Assembly: GCA_964418285.1 (NCBI GenBank)
Contig: CAYQMC010000001.1
Location: forward strand, 1 to 52,191
Source of the DNA: an uncultured Chryseobacterium sp.
GTDB taxonomy: Bacteria > Bacteroidota > Bacteroidia > Flavobacteriales_F > PHOS-HE28
Direction: 5' to 3'
DNA length: 52,191 bases
Shown: one piece after another, positions 1 to 8,914 of the stretch
Position numbering within the stretch: the stretch's first letter is position 1
Layout of the letters: each line of letters starts with the position of its first letter
Notes under the pieces: model-generated
The model's database searches: none
Told to the model about the DNA's origin: nothing
Seen by the model: only the letters and a program-made list of their open reading frames with translations
Made by a program: the position numbers and the translations under genes

Positions 1-1760
1 AAACCGGCAGGGTCCGATGACCACGAATAGGTGGGGATGGCTTCCCCATTCACCCGTACGTCGTCGATGAGCCAACCATAGTAGTTGATCGAGGCATCGG
101 AGGTGATCCGGAAACGGATCCGGAACGATGTGCTCGAGGCGAACTGCGCAAGGTCGAAGGTCTCCAACTGCCACAAGGCTGTTGCAGGGCCTGTTCCAGG
201 CGTCGAACCGGAACCTGTGAATTGATTCTGCCATGCGCTAACGCTATTGCGGGAGAAGCGCACGTTGCCGCCGGTGAAGTTGGAGGTGTTCACACCCTGG
301 TACGCGTTGGCCGGCAAGGGCGACCAGGAGCTTCCTCCGTTCAAGGAGTAGTCCACGAAACCGTAGTCGAAGCCTTGCTCCAGTCCACAGATGTGCTGGA
401 AGCTCAACACCGCGTTGGGTGTAAGTGCCAGGTTGATATCGGTGGTCATTCCGTACTGACCGCTTGCATCGATATCATGGGTCAGCCTCACCGATCGTTG
501 TCCTTCTGCAAAGTACTCCGTGTTGGTCGCTGCGGAAACGCTGTTGCCGCTGGTACCCCAGCCTGTGGCAGGGAAAGTCTCGAAACCCTGTTGTAGCGCC
601 TCGATGGACGTGGTCGCCTGGGCGCTTAGGTCCACACTGCCAGGACCACATAGGAGTGTTTCGCTGGCGGATGCATTGAGCCCGGTGGGTGGCAATGTCA
701 CCGTTGCAATGGTGGAGGTCGAGGACGATGAGCAGCCGGGGACTCCTGCACTGGCTGTCACCGAGTAGGCGCCTACGTTGGCGAGATCGAAGCCAGGGAT
801 CTCGGGGTTCTGCTCGGTGCTCGTGAATCCATTGGGACCAGTCCAAACGAAAGATGTTCCGCTGGTGGGGCCTGGGTCCAGCACCAGTGTGCCACCCTGG
901 CACACCGGAGAATTGGAGGTGGGTGTCACCACCACCACGGGCAGCGGGCAGCATGTAAGGTCCGCGGCCCATCCGGCCTGGGTGACCAACAGACTGTTGT
1001 AATTGAAGCGCAGTGTGATGCAGCCTGTGGGGTGCGTACTTTGGAATGAGCCTGGGAGGTTCGCATTCAGATTGCCACTGAAGGTGCCCAGCAATGGAGA
1101 ATTGATATCCGGACCGTTGTAGACACGAACGATATCCTCCCCCCTTGTATTGAACGCGGTGAATACAAGGTTGATCGCTTGTGTAGCATTGTCAGGGCAG
1201 TACGTGTAGACTTCCTGGTAAGGGAACAACCCGCCTGCGTAGTTCCCATTGGGTCCTCCTTCGTCGTACACGGTGTCACCACAGTCCGAATCGATCTCTG
1301 TCGCACTGAGGCAAATGCCAAGATCACCAGCGGCACCAAGGTCCGTGTTCGTGAACAGGCGTATGGTATAGTCCCCATTCGCCACAAGACCGGGTAGGAT
1401 CGTTGATGCCGGTGAGCCACCGTAGCAACCGACGAGTACACCATTGCATCCTCCCAGGAACAGTTGCATACCCCAGTGCCCGATGGTGCCTGCCGTGATA
1501 TCCACGGTGTAAGGACCTTCGAATCCTGCTGTATTGAAAGAGAACCAGATATCCTGTATCGTTCCAGTGCCATCACAGGTTGGCGCAGCACCTTCCGAAG
1601 TGGCCTCTACAGTTGTTGCTTGTACCGTGCCGTTCGCACAAGTACCACTGGCTACCAAGGCAAGGATAGTTGCGTCGGCGCATGCGTCATTGGCAGGTGC
1701 TTGGGCACTGACGCCAAGTGCCAGGAATACCATACTCAGAAGCGTAAAGATCCTTTTCAT
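1..1760 (-). CDS. Secreted multidomain protein, 3' end outside window (signal peptide, Cys-framed N-terminal module, CUB-like domain, MAM/choice-of-anchor-like domain)
   Basis: Absent from the ORF track because it runs off the left edge. The reverse complement from ATG (1760..1758) stays open to position 1: MKRIFTLLSMVFLALGVSAQAPANDACADATILALVASGTC... It contains a CUB-like block (CGDTVYDEGGPNGNYAGGLFPYQEVYTYCPDNATQAINLVFTAFNTRGEDIVRVYNGPDINSPLLGTFSG...CITLRFNYNSLLVTQAGWAADLTCC). It then continues ...GFETFPATGWGTSGNSVSAATNTEYFAEGQRSVRLTHD...GFVDYSLNGGSSWSPL. Confidence 0.75.
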   Translation of the reverse strand, partial: MKRIFTLLSMVFLALGVSAQAPANDACADATILALVASGTCANGTVQATTVEATSEGAAPTCDGTGTIQDIWFSFNTAGFEGPYTVDITAGTIGHWGMQLFLGGCNGVLVGCYGGSPASTILPGLVANGDYTIRLFTNTDLGAAGDLGICLSATEIDSDCGDTVYDEGGPNGNYAGGLFPYQEVYTYCPDNATQAINLVFTAFNTRGEDIVRVYNGPDINSPLLGTFSGNLNANLPGSFQSTHPTGCITLRFNYNSLLVTQAGWAADLTCCPLPVVVVTPTSNSPVCQGGTLVLDPGPTSGTSFVWTGPNGFTSTEQNPEIPGFDLANVGAYSVTASAGVPGCSSSSTSTIATVTLPPTGLNASASETLLCGPGSVDLSAQATTSIEALQQGFETFPATGWGTSGNSVSAATNTEYFAEGQRSVRLTHDIDASGQYGMTTDINLALTPNAVLSFQHICGLEQGFDYGFVDYSLNGGSSWSPLPANAYQGVNTSNFTGGNVRFSRNSVSAWQNQFTGSGSTPGTGPATALWQLETFDLAQFASSTSFRIRFRITSDASINYYGWLIDDVRVNGEAIPTYSWSSDPAG

Positions 1761-1878
1761 CGTGCTGGACTTTGGTTGAACGTGTGGAGGTCGGTTTTCG
1801 GGTAGGGGAAGAATAGTGGATTCAACGTTGGCGTGCGGTCACATGACAAGCTAGTGCGCGCGGTGCTGGTCTTTCCGG

Positions 1879-3756
1879 TCAGTCGGTGATCACGATGCGT
1901 GTGTGTCCAAACTCCCCCGAAATGGCCTGGAAGACCAATACATAAGTACCAGCGGATAGGCCTTGCACCGACAACGTCGAGCGGCCCTGCTGTGCACCGT
2001 AACTGGCTTGCCCTGCGATGCGTCCAGTGGGGTCGTGCAAAGTCAGGGAGCCTGGGCTCGGAGCATGCACGTACAACACGCCACCGGAAGCGGGATTGGG
2101 GTGTACGCGCACGTCGAGCACACTGTGCTCCGCGATGCCTGCGCAGGCATCCACCTCAAGCACTTGCATGGCGGATGCGGAACAACCGTTGGTATCAACC
2201 ACGGTGTATTCGATGGGATAGGAACCGAGACCCACCACCGGGTCGAAGGAGGTGATGGGTACACCGTTGAAGGTATAGGTGCCACCGGCGGGTGCCCCTC
2301 CCGTTAGTGACAGTGGAGGAGCCGATAGGCAGAGGAGGGCGAATTCGTCCAAGGTCACATCGGGTAGTGGTACCACCGTCACTTCGATCGAAGCAGCAGG
2401 GCCTTCTCCGCAACTGTTTGCGCCCACGATCGTGAGTGTTCCTCCCGGGGCGGCCACTATTACATCGATGGAATCGCCTTCCGCATCGCCGCTCCACGCC
2501 GTTGGCAGCGTCCAATCATAGGTTTCGCCGCCTACCGGATCCACGCTGAATGTGGCCTCCTCGCCGGCACAAATGACCAAGGGACCGGCAAGTCCACCCG
2601 GTGCCAAAGGAAGTCCCTGCACGACGATGTCCAAGGTACTGGCGCTGCTGTTGCATTCGCCAACGCTGACAACGCTAAGCATGCCGCTTGTCGCATTCGA
2701 TCCAAAGGTGATGGTCACCGTCGTTCCAACCTGGTCCAGGGTTACGTCGGTTCCGCTGTATGTCCATGCATAATCGGTCACACCAACCACTTCGTCGATG
2801 CTGTAACTCCCCTCGTCCGAGGGGCATACAAGGGCGATACCCGCGATCGCACCCGGCGCTGCTGGCGGCACGCAGGCCACGTCCACGTTCACATTATCGA
2901 ACAAGGCGATGTAGCCTGATGAGGCGTCGTCGCAATTGCCGATACACCCCGCTTGGAAATACCCCCCCGTAAAGTTCAGTGCAACGCCCGTATGCGTGCC
3001 ATCAACGCCAGTGGCAGTAGACGGGTAGGAGCCAGCGCTCGGGTCGGCGAACGAACCTGTTCCATCGCTGCGCACAGCCAATGTCCAAGTATCGGTAGTG
3101 GGGTCATAGGTCACTCTTATACTGTGGTAGTTGGCATAGTTCACCGTTTGGGATTCGGCGATGTTGGTGATGCTGCCATTGTGGATGCCGTTCTCGAACC
3201 GCACCAAACGGATCCTGTTGGTACCACCGTGCAGTACCGCGTACCCTATTGAGGTGCCGTTGGGGTTACAGTTGTTCGTGGCACTCAGTATTCCACTTGC
3301 CGAGTTGGTCGCAAGGATGTAGCCAAGTCCGATGGTCCGTCCGTTCTGGTTCGCTGAGCTGCTGCAATCGAAGCCCCCGTTCGTGGTGGCGTTGGAAGGG
3401 GATTTGCGCATGTTGAAGGTCCACGTGATCAGGGCGCCATTGGCTCCAAGCACGGGGTTGTATACCGCATTGTCGTACTGTGACCCCGGGCCGCCGCAGG
3501 CCACATAGGCGAAGCCTTGTCCATGGGCCGAAGAACTCCTTCGGTTGGTCACCTCCAAACGACCGTTGGTGATGCGGGAGCCGTGGTTGCCATTGGTATA
3601 GGTACTCCATGGCGAGGTATTGATGGGCACACCGCTCCCGAAGCTCCACGTGTTGGAACTTGGTGTGGTAAAGCTCTCGGCATATGCCGATATGGGTCTC
3701 GCTTCGCCCGGAATGAGCACTAGACCGAGAAGCGCCAATGCGTATTGTGCTTTCAA
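1879..3756 (-). CDS. T9SS-secreted protein: LamG/jellyroll-like N-domain, two PKD-like Ig repeats, SprB/HYR-like repeat, type-A CTD
   Basis: ORF 1879..3903. The C-terminus VRVHPNPASGGVLYVHAPSPGSLTLHDPTGRIAGQ...GTYVLVFQAISGEFGHTRIVITD is a typical T9SS CTD. There are two repeats of the pattern G.I.G...VC.....YS....G...Y.WT...G.L.V...N.CG.S. No ATG precedes the signal peptide. TTG at 3756 gives MKAQYALALLGLVLIPGEARPISAYA, and a near-consensus -7 box (TATCATTG, minus strand, 3781..3788) lies just upstream. The start is uncertain: the ORF is open to 3903. Confidence 0.8.
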   Translation of the reverse strand: MKAQYALALLGLVLIPGEARPISAYAESFTTPSSNTWSFGSGVPINTSPWSTYTNGNHGSRITNGRLEVTNRRSSSAHGQGFAYVACGGPGSQYDNAVYNPVLGANGALITWTFNMRKSPSNATTNGGFDCSSSANQNGRTIGLGYILATNSASGILSATNNCNPNGTSIGYAVLHGGTNRIRLVRFENGIHNGSITNIAESQTVNYANYHSIRVTYDPTTDTWTLAVRSDGTGSFADPSAGSYPSTATGVDGTHTGVALNFTGGYFQAGCIGNCDDASSGYIALFDNVNVDVACVPPAAPGAIAGIALVCPSDEGSYSIDEVVGVTDYAWTYSGTDVTLDQVGTTVTITFGSNATSGMLSVVSVGECNSSASTLDIVVQGLPLAPGGLAGPLVICAGEEATFSVDPVGGETYDWTLPTAWSGDAEGDSIDVIVAAPGGTLTIVGANSCGEGPAASIEVTVVPLPDVTLDEFALLCLSAPPLSLTGGAPAGGTYTFNGVPITSFDPVVGLGSYPIEYTVVDTNGCSASAMQVLEVDACAGIAEHSVLDVRVHPNPASGGVLYVHAPSPGSLTLHDPTGRIAGQASYGAQQGRSTLSVQGLSAGTYVLVFQAISGEFGHTRIVITD

Positions 3757-4006
3757 GAAGTAGGGGGGATGTGGTTGATACAATGATAAGCCGAAGACTT
3801 GGAAAGCCAGCTCGATCTCTCGCGGTCGATCAACACGTGGATGTTGATTGCATATGCTGTTGTTCGGTTGCTGTCCTTGGATGAGTTGGTCCCGGCCGAC
3901 CAAGGAATTCTTGCACGCTTTTCAGTCGAGGCGCGCGGTATGAGCGCCTGCTGATACGGGGCTACACCAGCCTTGGCTCGGCAGTGCTCACAGCTACCTT
4001 AGCGGC

Positions 4007-4927
4007 ATGGTACACCAGCATGTGCATGCACATGGGCCTTCGCATGGACATGCACACGGCCATGTGCATGCGGCCGGTGCTGGTGCACTGCGCACCGCAT
4101 TCTTCCTGAATCTGGCATTCACGGGCGTGGAACTGGCGGGCGGGTTATGGACCGGAAGTGTTGCGGTGCTCACCGATGCCGTGCACGATGCGGGCGACTG
4201 TCTTGTGCTGGGAGCAGCCTGGTACCTGCAACGTGTAGCCACCAAGGGGCGGGATGCCCGATATAGCTATGGATACGGCCGATACAGCATGTTGGGTGGT
4301 TGGCTCACCTCAATGGTCCTCATGGCAGGTGCTGTGTTCATGTTCTCCGTTTCCGTTCCTCGCTTGTGGGAGCCAGTGATGCCCCACACTACCGGTATGA
4401 TGGGACTTGCGGTCTTCGGGCTTGTCATGAATGGCTTGGCTGCGTGGAAACTGCACGGAGGAAGCACTCTGAACGAACGTGGTGCATACCTGCACCTGCT
4501 GGAAGATGTGCTTGGCTGGGCGGCCGTGCTCGGGGGTGCCATCGTCATACACCTCACCGGCTGGGCCATCGTGGATCCCTTGCTCAGCATGGCCATCAGT
4601 ATGTACATCCTGGTGAATGCCATCGGTACGTTCCGCAAGGGAACGGGTATCCTCATGCAGGAAGTTCCGAAGGACATCGACCTCGAAGCCATTTCCGGAC
4701 GACTGCTCGCCATTCCCGGGGTGATCGACCTGCACGACCAGCACACCTGGACACTGGACGGTAACTTTGTGGTGCATACCATCCATCTTGTTCTGGACGA
4801 TGTGGGTCTGGAACAGGCCTGGGCGACCAAGGCACAAGCACGCAAGGAGTTGCATGCCTTGGGTATCCAACACGCCACCATCGAACTGGAATGGAAGGGT
4901 GAGCAATGCGGGCTCGGGCAACACTAG
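4007..4927 (+). CDS. Cation diffusion facilitator (CDF) metal efflux transporter, CzcD/ZitB-like
   Basis: His-rich N-terminus MVHQHVHAHGPSHGHAHGHVHAAG, then FFLNLAFTGVELAGGLWTGSVAVLTDAVHDAGD (the CDF TM1/TM2 signature), six hydrophobic segments and a C-terminal cytoplasmic domain. Confidence 0.9.
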   Translation: MVHQHVHAHGPSHGHAHGHVHAAGAGALRTAFFLNLAFTGVELAGGLWTGSVAVLTDAVHDAGDCLVLGAAWYLQRVATKGRDARYSYGYGRYSMLGGWLTSMVLMAGAVFMFSVSVPRLWEPVMPHTTGMMGLAVFGLVMNGLAAWKLHGGSTLNERGAYLHLLEDVLGWAAVLGGAIVIHLTGWAIVDPLLSMAISMYILVNAIGTFRKGTGILMQEVPKDIDLEAISGRLLAIPGVIDLHDQHTWTLDGNFVVHTIHLVLDDVGLEQAWATKAQARKELHALGIQHATIELEWKGEQCGLGQH

Positions 4928-4958
4928 AGTACCTTTCGACATATACCGACCAAGACCC

Positions 4959-5780
4959 ATGCGCAACCCCTTCCTCATCCTGCTGGCTGCGACATTGCTG
5001 CTGCTTACATCCTGTGTGGCCAAGAAGAAATTCGTTGACGCCACCGACCATGTGCAACGCTTGAAGGCCGATAGTTTGGGCTTCGAGGAACAGGTGAAGG
5101 GCCTGATGAACGAACGGACCCAACTGCAGAACGCGCTGGCGGCCACCGAAGCGCGGCTTGCGAACAGCGAGGAGGAACGCGAAGCCGCACAAGCAAGCCT
5201 GCGCGATCGCGAAGCACTGCTTTCCCAAAAGGACGCCGAACTCCTGGACAAGGTGGAACGCATGGACGACCTGAACCGTCGTCTCGATGCCCAGACGGCT
5301 GCACTGAGCGGACTCCGCAAGCGGATCGCCGATGCCCTGGTGAATTTCAAGAGCGATGAACTTTCGGTTACCCAGAAGGACGGAAAGGTGTATGTATCGC
5401 TCAGCGAAAAACTCCTGTTCAAGAGTGGCAGTGCCGAGGTCGATCCCAAAGGCAAGGAGGCCATCGGCCAACTGGCCACGGTGCTCAAGGCCAACAGCGA
5501 TATCGGCGTGCTTGTCGAAGGTCACACAGATTCCATTCCCATCGCCAGTGGACGATTCAAGGACAACTGGGAACTGAGCACTGCCCGGGCTACGAGCATC
5601 GTGCGCCTGCTTACGGTCGACCATGACCTCCGACCCCAAAGTGTTACGGCTGCCGGCCGTAGCGAGTTCGTTCCGGTTGCCAGCAACACGGATGCCGATG
5701 GCCGGGCGCGCAACCGCCGCACGGAGATCATTCTCACGCCCGACCTGAAGGAACTCTTTGAATTGGTCGGGGAGCCTTGA
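4959..5780 (+). CDS. OmpA/MotB-family lipoprotein with N-terminal coiled coil
   Basis: Internal ATG at 4959 of ORF 4767..5780 gives MRNPFLILLAATLLLLTSC (lipobox LTSC). A coiled coil follows (QRLKADSLGFEEQVKGLMNERTQLQNALAATEARLANSEEEREAAQ...). The OmpA_C-like end reads VLVEGHTDSIPIASGRFKDNWELSTARATSIVRLL...NRRTEIIL. Confidence 0.85.
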   Translation: MRNPFLILLAATLLLLTSCVAKKKFVDATDHVQRLKADSLGFEEQVKGLMNERTQLQNALAATEARLANSEEEREAAQASLRDREALLSQKDAELLDKVERMDDLNRRLDAQTAALSGLRKRIADALVNFKSDELSVTQKDGKVYVSLSEKLLFKSGSAEVDPKGKEAIGQLATVLKANSDIGVLVEGHTDSIPIASGRFKDNWELSTARATSIVRLLTVDHDLRPQSVTAAGRSEFVPVASNTDADGRARNRRTEIILTPDLKELFELVGEP

Positions 5781-7891
5781 ACGAAACTCGGCTGCGACAG
5801 GGATCGACCTACTTTCGGCCGGTGAGATCGACGGTTGTTTGTTGCATGCTGGTGCTGGGCCTGGGTGCCTTGGCACAAGCGACACCGCGCATCAACGAAT
5901 TGCAGGCATCCAACTCCAGCATCGTTACCGGTGATCGGGGAGATACACCGGACTGGATCGAACTCTACAACCCTGCTGCGCACTCCATCGACCTCAAAGG
6001 GATGCGCTTCGTGGTGGCCGGTCGCCAGCACCGCTTCGAGCACAGCTTGATCATTGCGCCCCAAGGCTTCCTGGTGCTGTGGTGTGATGGCAAGCCCAAG
6101 CGCGGTATCCAACACATCGGCTTCAAGCTGTCCAAGCATGCAGGCTCGGTCCTGCTCGTTGCTCAGGATGGGGTCACCATCCTGGACGCGTTCACGTGGC
6201 AGGACCTACCGAACGGGTCGAGCATGGCCCGCATGCCGGACGGTGGACCAAGCTGGGGCTATGCCGATGATCCCACGCCCGGCAAGGCCAACTCCTTGCT
6301 GGCTCTGCGGACCCGACGTCTTGATACGCCTGAACTCCGGTTGGATACCCTTGCGGATGGAAGCATCCGTGTGTGTGCCGAAGCACAGGCTGGAGGTGTC
6401 GTCAGATACACCTTGGATGGATCTCCGGTCACGGACACCACAGCCGCGCTGCCCGAAGGGCCAATGACCCTTCCCCTGGGTTCGGTCATGCGTTTCAAGG
6501 CCACGGCCGACGACGCCCTGCCCAGCAGGGAGTGCATGATCACCCTGCCATGGATCCCCTCGGAGGAAGCGATCACATGTCTTGCCATGGATCCGGGAGC
6601 ATTGCATGGTGATAGCATGGGGATCGATACACCCGGCCGCTTTGCGAACAACACCCGCAGCGGTAAAGCGTGGGAGCGTCAAGCCTTGCTCGGTCTTGGG
6701 GATACCGACCCGATCAACGTGGGCATCCGGATCAGCGGAAGTGGATCGCGGGGATCGGCCAAGCGTTCATTCAAACTATACACACGAGGTCGGTATGATA
6801 GTCCTGAGGCAGGTATTCCCTTGGCGGAGGGGGGGCGCTTCGATGAAGCCATCCTGCGTGCCGATGCTTCGCCCTTCGCCTTTCTCCGCAATCGATTCAT
6901 CGAGACCATCGTGCAACGTCACGCATTGGCTGTGGATGTGCAGGTTTCGACGCCTACTGCCTTGTATTTGAATGGTCACTACTGGGGGCTTTACCGCTGG
7001 TTGCCGCCGAAGGATGCCGCTTGGTGCAAAGCCATCAGCGGGGCCGAAGCGGTGGATGTGTTGGCCGGTCCCGGCCACGTGCCGATCAGTGGCAGCGATG
7101 CGCATTTCATGCATGCCCGTGATGCCTTGTTCCGTTCGGCGCCCTTGGATAGTTTGGAGGAGCTTATGGACCTGAACAGTTTGGTGGATTTGGCTTGTCT
7201 GGATCTGTGGACCGGGCGCCCGGACCACGACCTGAACGTCCGTTGCTACCGCCCGCGCCGAACAGGCGGGCGCTGGCGCTGGATCCTCTACGATATGGAC
7301 CTATGGAGTCCGGTGGAACTGAACAGCGTGGAGGCCATGTGTGCGGCCGGTATGCCCGAAGCGCCTTACGTGCCACAACTGCTGGCCCACCCGGAGCTGC
7401 AGATGCGTCTCCTTGCACGCATGGTGGTGCTTCAGGCCACGGCATTCATGCCTGAGCATGCCACTGCGTTGGCCGATAGTATCCATGCTGCACATGAAGC
7501 CGAGCTGCTGGCCGACCATGACCGCTGGGAACCCGACCTCGGTGGTCCACACCCTTCCCTGGTGCGCGAAAGCATGCGGAACTTCATCGCCGAGCGAAGC
7601 CAGTATGTGATGGAGCATCTTGCCGAACACAGCGGACGGAAGCTTCGATCGCTCGCTGTGGATGTGCCTGAGGCCACCGAAGGCACCGTTTACTTGAACG
7701 GATGTGTCCTGCCTGCCGGTAGACAGCGGATCAGCTGTTTCAGCAGGGTGCCGCTGGAACTGCGCGCGGTACCTGCCACGGATATGGAGTTCGTTGGGTG
7801 GAAAGGGTCGCCAGACCAAGGGCCGCAGGTGATGGTGGATCCGGCGGAATACGCCCGTGTCCGGCCCCTGTTCAGGATCGTGGTGCCTTGA
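5777..7891 (+). CDS. Lamin-tail-domain (LTD) + CotH-family protein kinase-like secreted protein
   Basis: The LTD-like N-terminus is RINELQASNSSIVTGDRGDTPDWIELYNPAAHSIDLKGMRF...GFLVLWCDG. CotH-like motifs are RSFKLYTRGRYD, LRNRFIETIVQ, LYLNGHYWGLYRW and WRWILYDMDLW. The track start is TTG 5777, which overlaps the upstream stop by 4 nt. GTG 5822 (MRSTVVCCMLVLGLGALAQA) or ATG 5846 are plausible real starts. Confidence 0.8.
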   Translation: MNETRLRQGSTYFRPVRSTVVCCMLVLGLGALAQATPRINELQASNSSIVTGDRGDTPDWIELYNPAAHSIDLKGMRFVVAGRQHRFEHSLIIAPQGFLVLWCDGKPKRGIQHIGFKLSKHAGSVLLVAQDGVTILDAFTWQDLPNGSSMARMPDGGPSWGYADDPTPGKANSLLALRTRRLDTPELRLDTLADGSIRVCAEAQAGGVVRYTLDGSPVTDTTAALPEGPMTLPLGSVMRFKATADDALPSRECMITLPWIPSEEAITCLAMDPGALHGDSMGIDTPGRFANNTRSGKAWERQALLGLGDTDPINVGIRISGSGSRGSAKRSFKLYTRGRYDSPEAGIPLAEGGRFDEAILRADASPFAFLRNRFIETIVQRHALAVDVQVSTPTALYLNGHYWGLYRWLPPKDAAWCKAISGAEAVDVLAGPGHVPISGSDAHFMHARDALFRSAPLDSLEELMDLNSLVDLACLDLWTGRPDHDLNVRCYRPRRTGGRWRWILYDMDLWSPVELNSVEAMCAAGMPEAPYVPQLLAHPELQMRLLARMVVLQATAFMPEHATALADSIHAAHEAELLADHDRWEPDLGGPHPSLVRESMRNFIAERSQYVMEHLAEHSGRKLRSLAVDVPEATEGTVYLNGCVLPAGRQRISCFSRVPLELRAVPATDMEFVGWKGSPDQGPQVMVDPAEYARVRPLFRIVVP

Positions 7892-7916
7892 TCCGGCCGG
7901 CGTTCTGCCGTGCACG

Positions 7917-8606
7917 TTAAGCCGTGGTCAGGCTCAACAGGGATTCGAACAAGGAACGCCCGTCCGTATTTCCCAGGCGTTCGTCCGCGGCGCGCTCGGG
8001 GTGCGGCATCATGCCGAACACATTGCGACTGGCGTTGCACACCCCGGCAATGTTCTCCTTGCTCCCGTTGGGATTGGCCAGTTCGCTGATGCGGCCATCG
8101 GCATCGCAGTAGCGGAACAGTACCTGGTCATTCTCGTGCAAGCTCTTCAGCGTGGCAGCATCGGCATGGTAGCGGCCCTCGCCGTGTGCGACCGGTATCC
8201 GCAAGGCGCGGTCGGGTACCGCGCTGGTAAGGGCGGTGCGCTTGGTGGCCGGGCGGATGAAAACGTTCTTGGAGATGAACTTCTGCCCATCGTTGTGAAG
8301 CAATGCGCCGGGCAATAGCCCCGCTTCGCACAGGACCTGGAAACCGTTACAGACTCCAAGAACAAGTCCACCTTTCTGGGCGTGGGACACCACTTCCTGC
8401 ATGATCGGAGAGAAGCGTGCGATGGCGCCGCTGCGCAGGTAATCCCCGTACGAGAATCCACCGGGAAGCACCACCATGTCCACGCCCTTCAGGTCGTGGT
8501 CCTTGTGCCAGAGGCGCTCGACCGTGCTATCCGGAAGCGCTTCCAACACCTGCACCATGTCCTCGTCGCAGTTCGATCCCGGGAAGGTGACAACACCGAA
8601 TTTCAT
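7917..8606 (-). CDS. purQ: Phosphoribosylformylglycinamidine synthase, glutamine amidotransferase subunit (PurQ)
   Basis: Internal ATG at 8606 of ORF 7917..8720 gives MKFGVVTFPGSNCDEDM...MVVLPGGFSYGDYLRSGAIA...LVLGVCNGFQVLCEAGLLPG...MMPHPERA. This carries the class-I GATase Cys/His motifs typical of PurQ. Confidence 0.9.
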   Translation of the reverse strand: MKFGVVTFPGSNCDEDMVQVLEALPDSTVERLWHKDHDLKGVDMVVLPGGFSYGDYLRSGAIARFSPIMQEVVSHAQKGGLVLGVCNGFQVLCEAGLLPGALLHNDGQKFISKNVFIRPATKRTALTSAVPDRALRIPVAHGEGRYHADAATLKSLHENDQVLFRYCDADGRISELANPNGSKENIAGVCNASRNVFGMMPHPERAADERLGNTDGRSLFESLLSLTTA

Positions 8607-8644
8607 GCTTTCCACCTTGTGGCATGGTAGCCACAATGGTGGCG

Positions 8645-8652
8645 CAAAGGTA
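8645..8652 (-). promoter_or_regulatory. Candidate Bacteroidota -7 promoter box (TACCTTTG) for purQ
   Basis: The minus strand reads TACCTTTG, matching the TAnnTTTG consensus known for Bacteroidetes sigma-A promoters, about 38 nt upstream of the purQ ATG. Confidence 0.3.
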
Positions 8653-8914
8653 GGCAGTGTGCCCGGCCAATGCATGGATCGGCCGTGGACTCCCACTTCC
8701 TGATCCGCAAGAAGGATCACGGAATTCTCGGCGGTCCCACCCTCCGGGACCGATCACGTTCACCCCTTGCATAAAGGACACACGGCCCGGTGCATGGCAG
8801 TGCATGGCAACGCCGTGGAATAAATGGCTCGCCTGCGGAATTAGGGTTGAAGGCCCGACACTGGAGCACATCCAAGCCCATCGATCTGACGCCCGAGAGT
8901 CAAGAGAGGAATGT

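Noticed and set aside
3900-3976. Possible structured leader or metal (NiCo/czcD-type) riboswitch upstream of the CDF transporter: CCAAGG...CCTTGG closing stem around hairpin AGGCGC-N9-GCGCCT
   Set aside because: Short 6-bp stems are expected by chance in GC-rich DNA, and I see no match to the czcD-motif consensus as I recall it. Part of the region may even be coding if the upstream gene starts at 3903.
4310-5885. Minus-strand ORFs 4310..5494 and 4653..5885 (394 and 410 aa)
   Set aside because: Antisense to the CDF transporter and the OmpA-like lipoprotein, which have clear family motifs. No motifs or signal peptides in the antisense frames.
8757-8765. Isolated reverse-orientation copy of the operator core (CGTTCACCC on the plus strand) upstream of purQ; another lies at 24595..24603 inside the beta-helix CDS
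   Set aside because: They are single copies without a partner at a 21-bp offset, and their orientation is opposite to the paired sites. The intragenic one encodes part of a recurring ..NGPV.. peptide motif. They are treated as chance or half-sites, not operators.
8607-8914. ZTP (pfl) or purine riboswitch upstream of purQ
   Set aside because: I could only find a loose resemblance (GGCCGGGCA versus the recalled CCGCCUGGGCA 3' element) and no convincing 5' subdomain. It cannot be supported without a covariance-model search (Rfam RF01750/RF00167). It is kept only as a generic long-leader observation.
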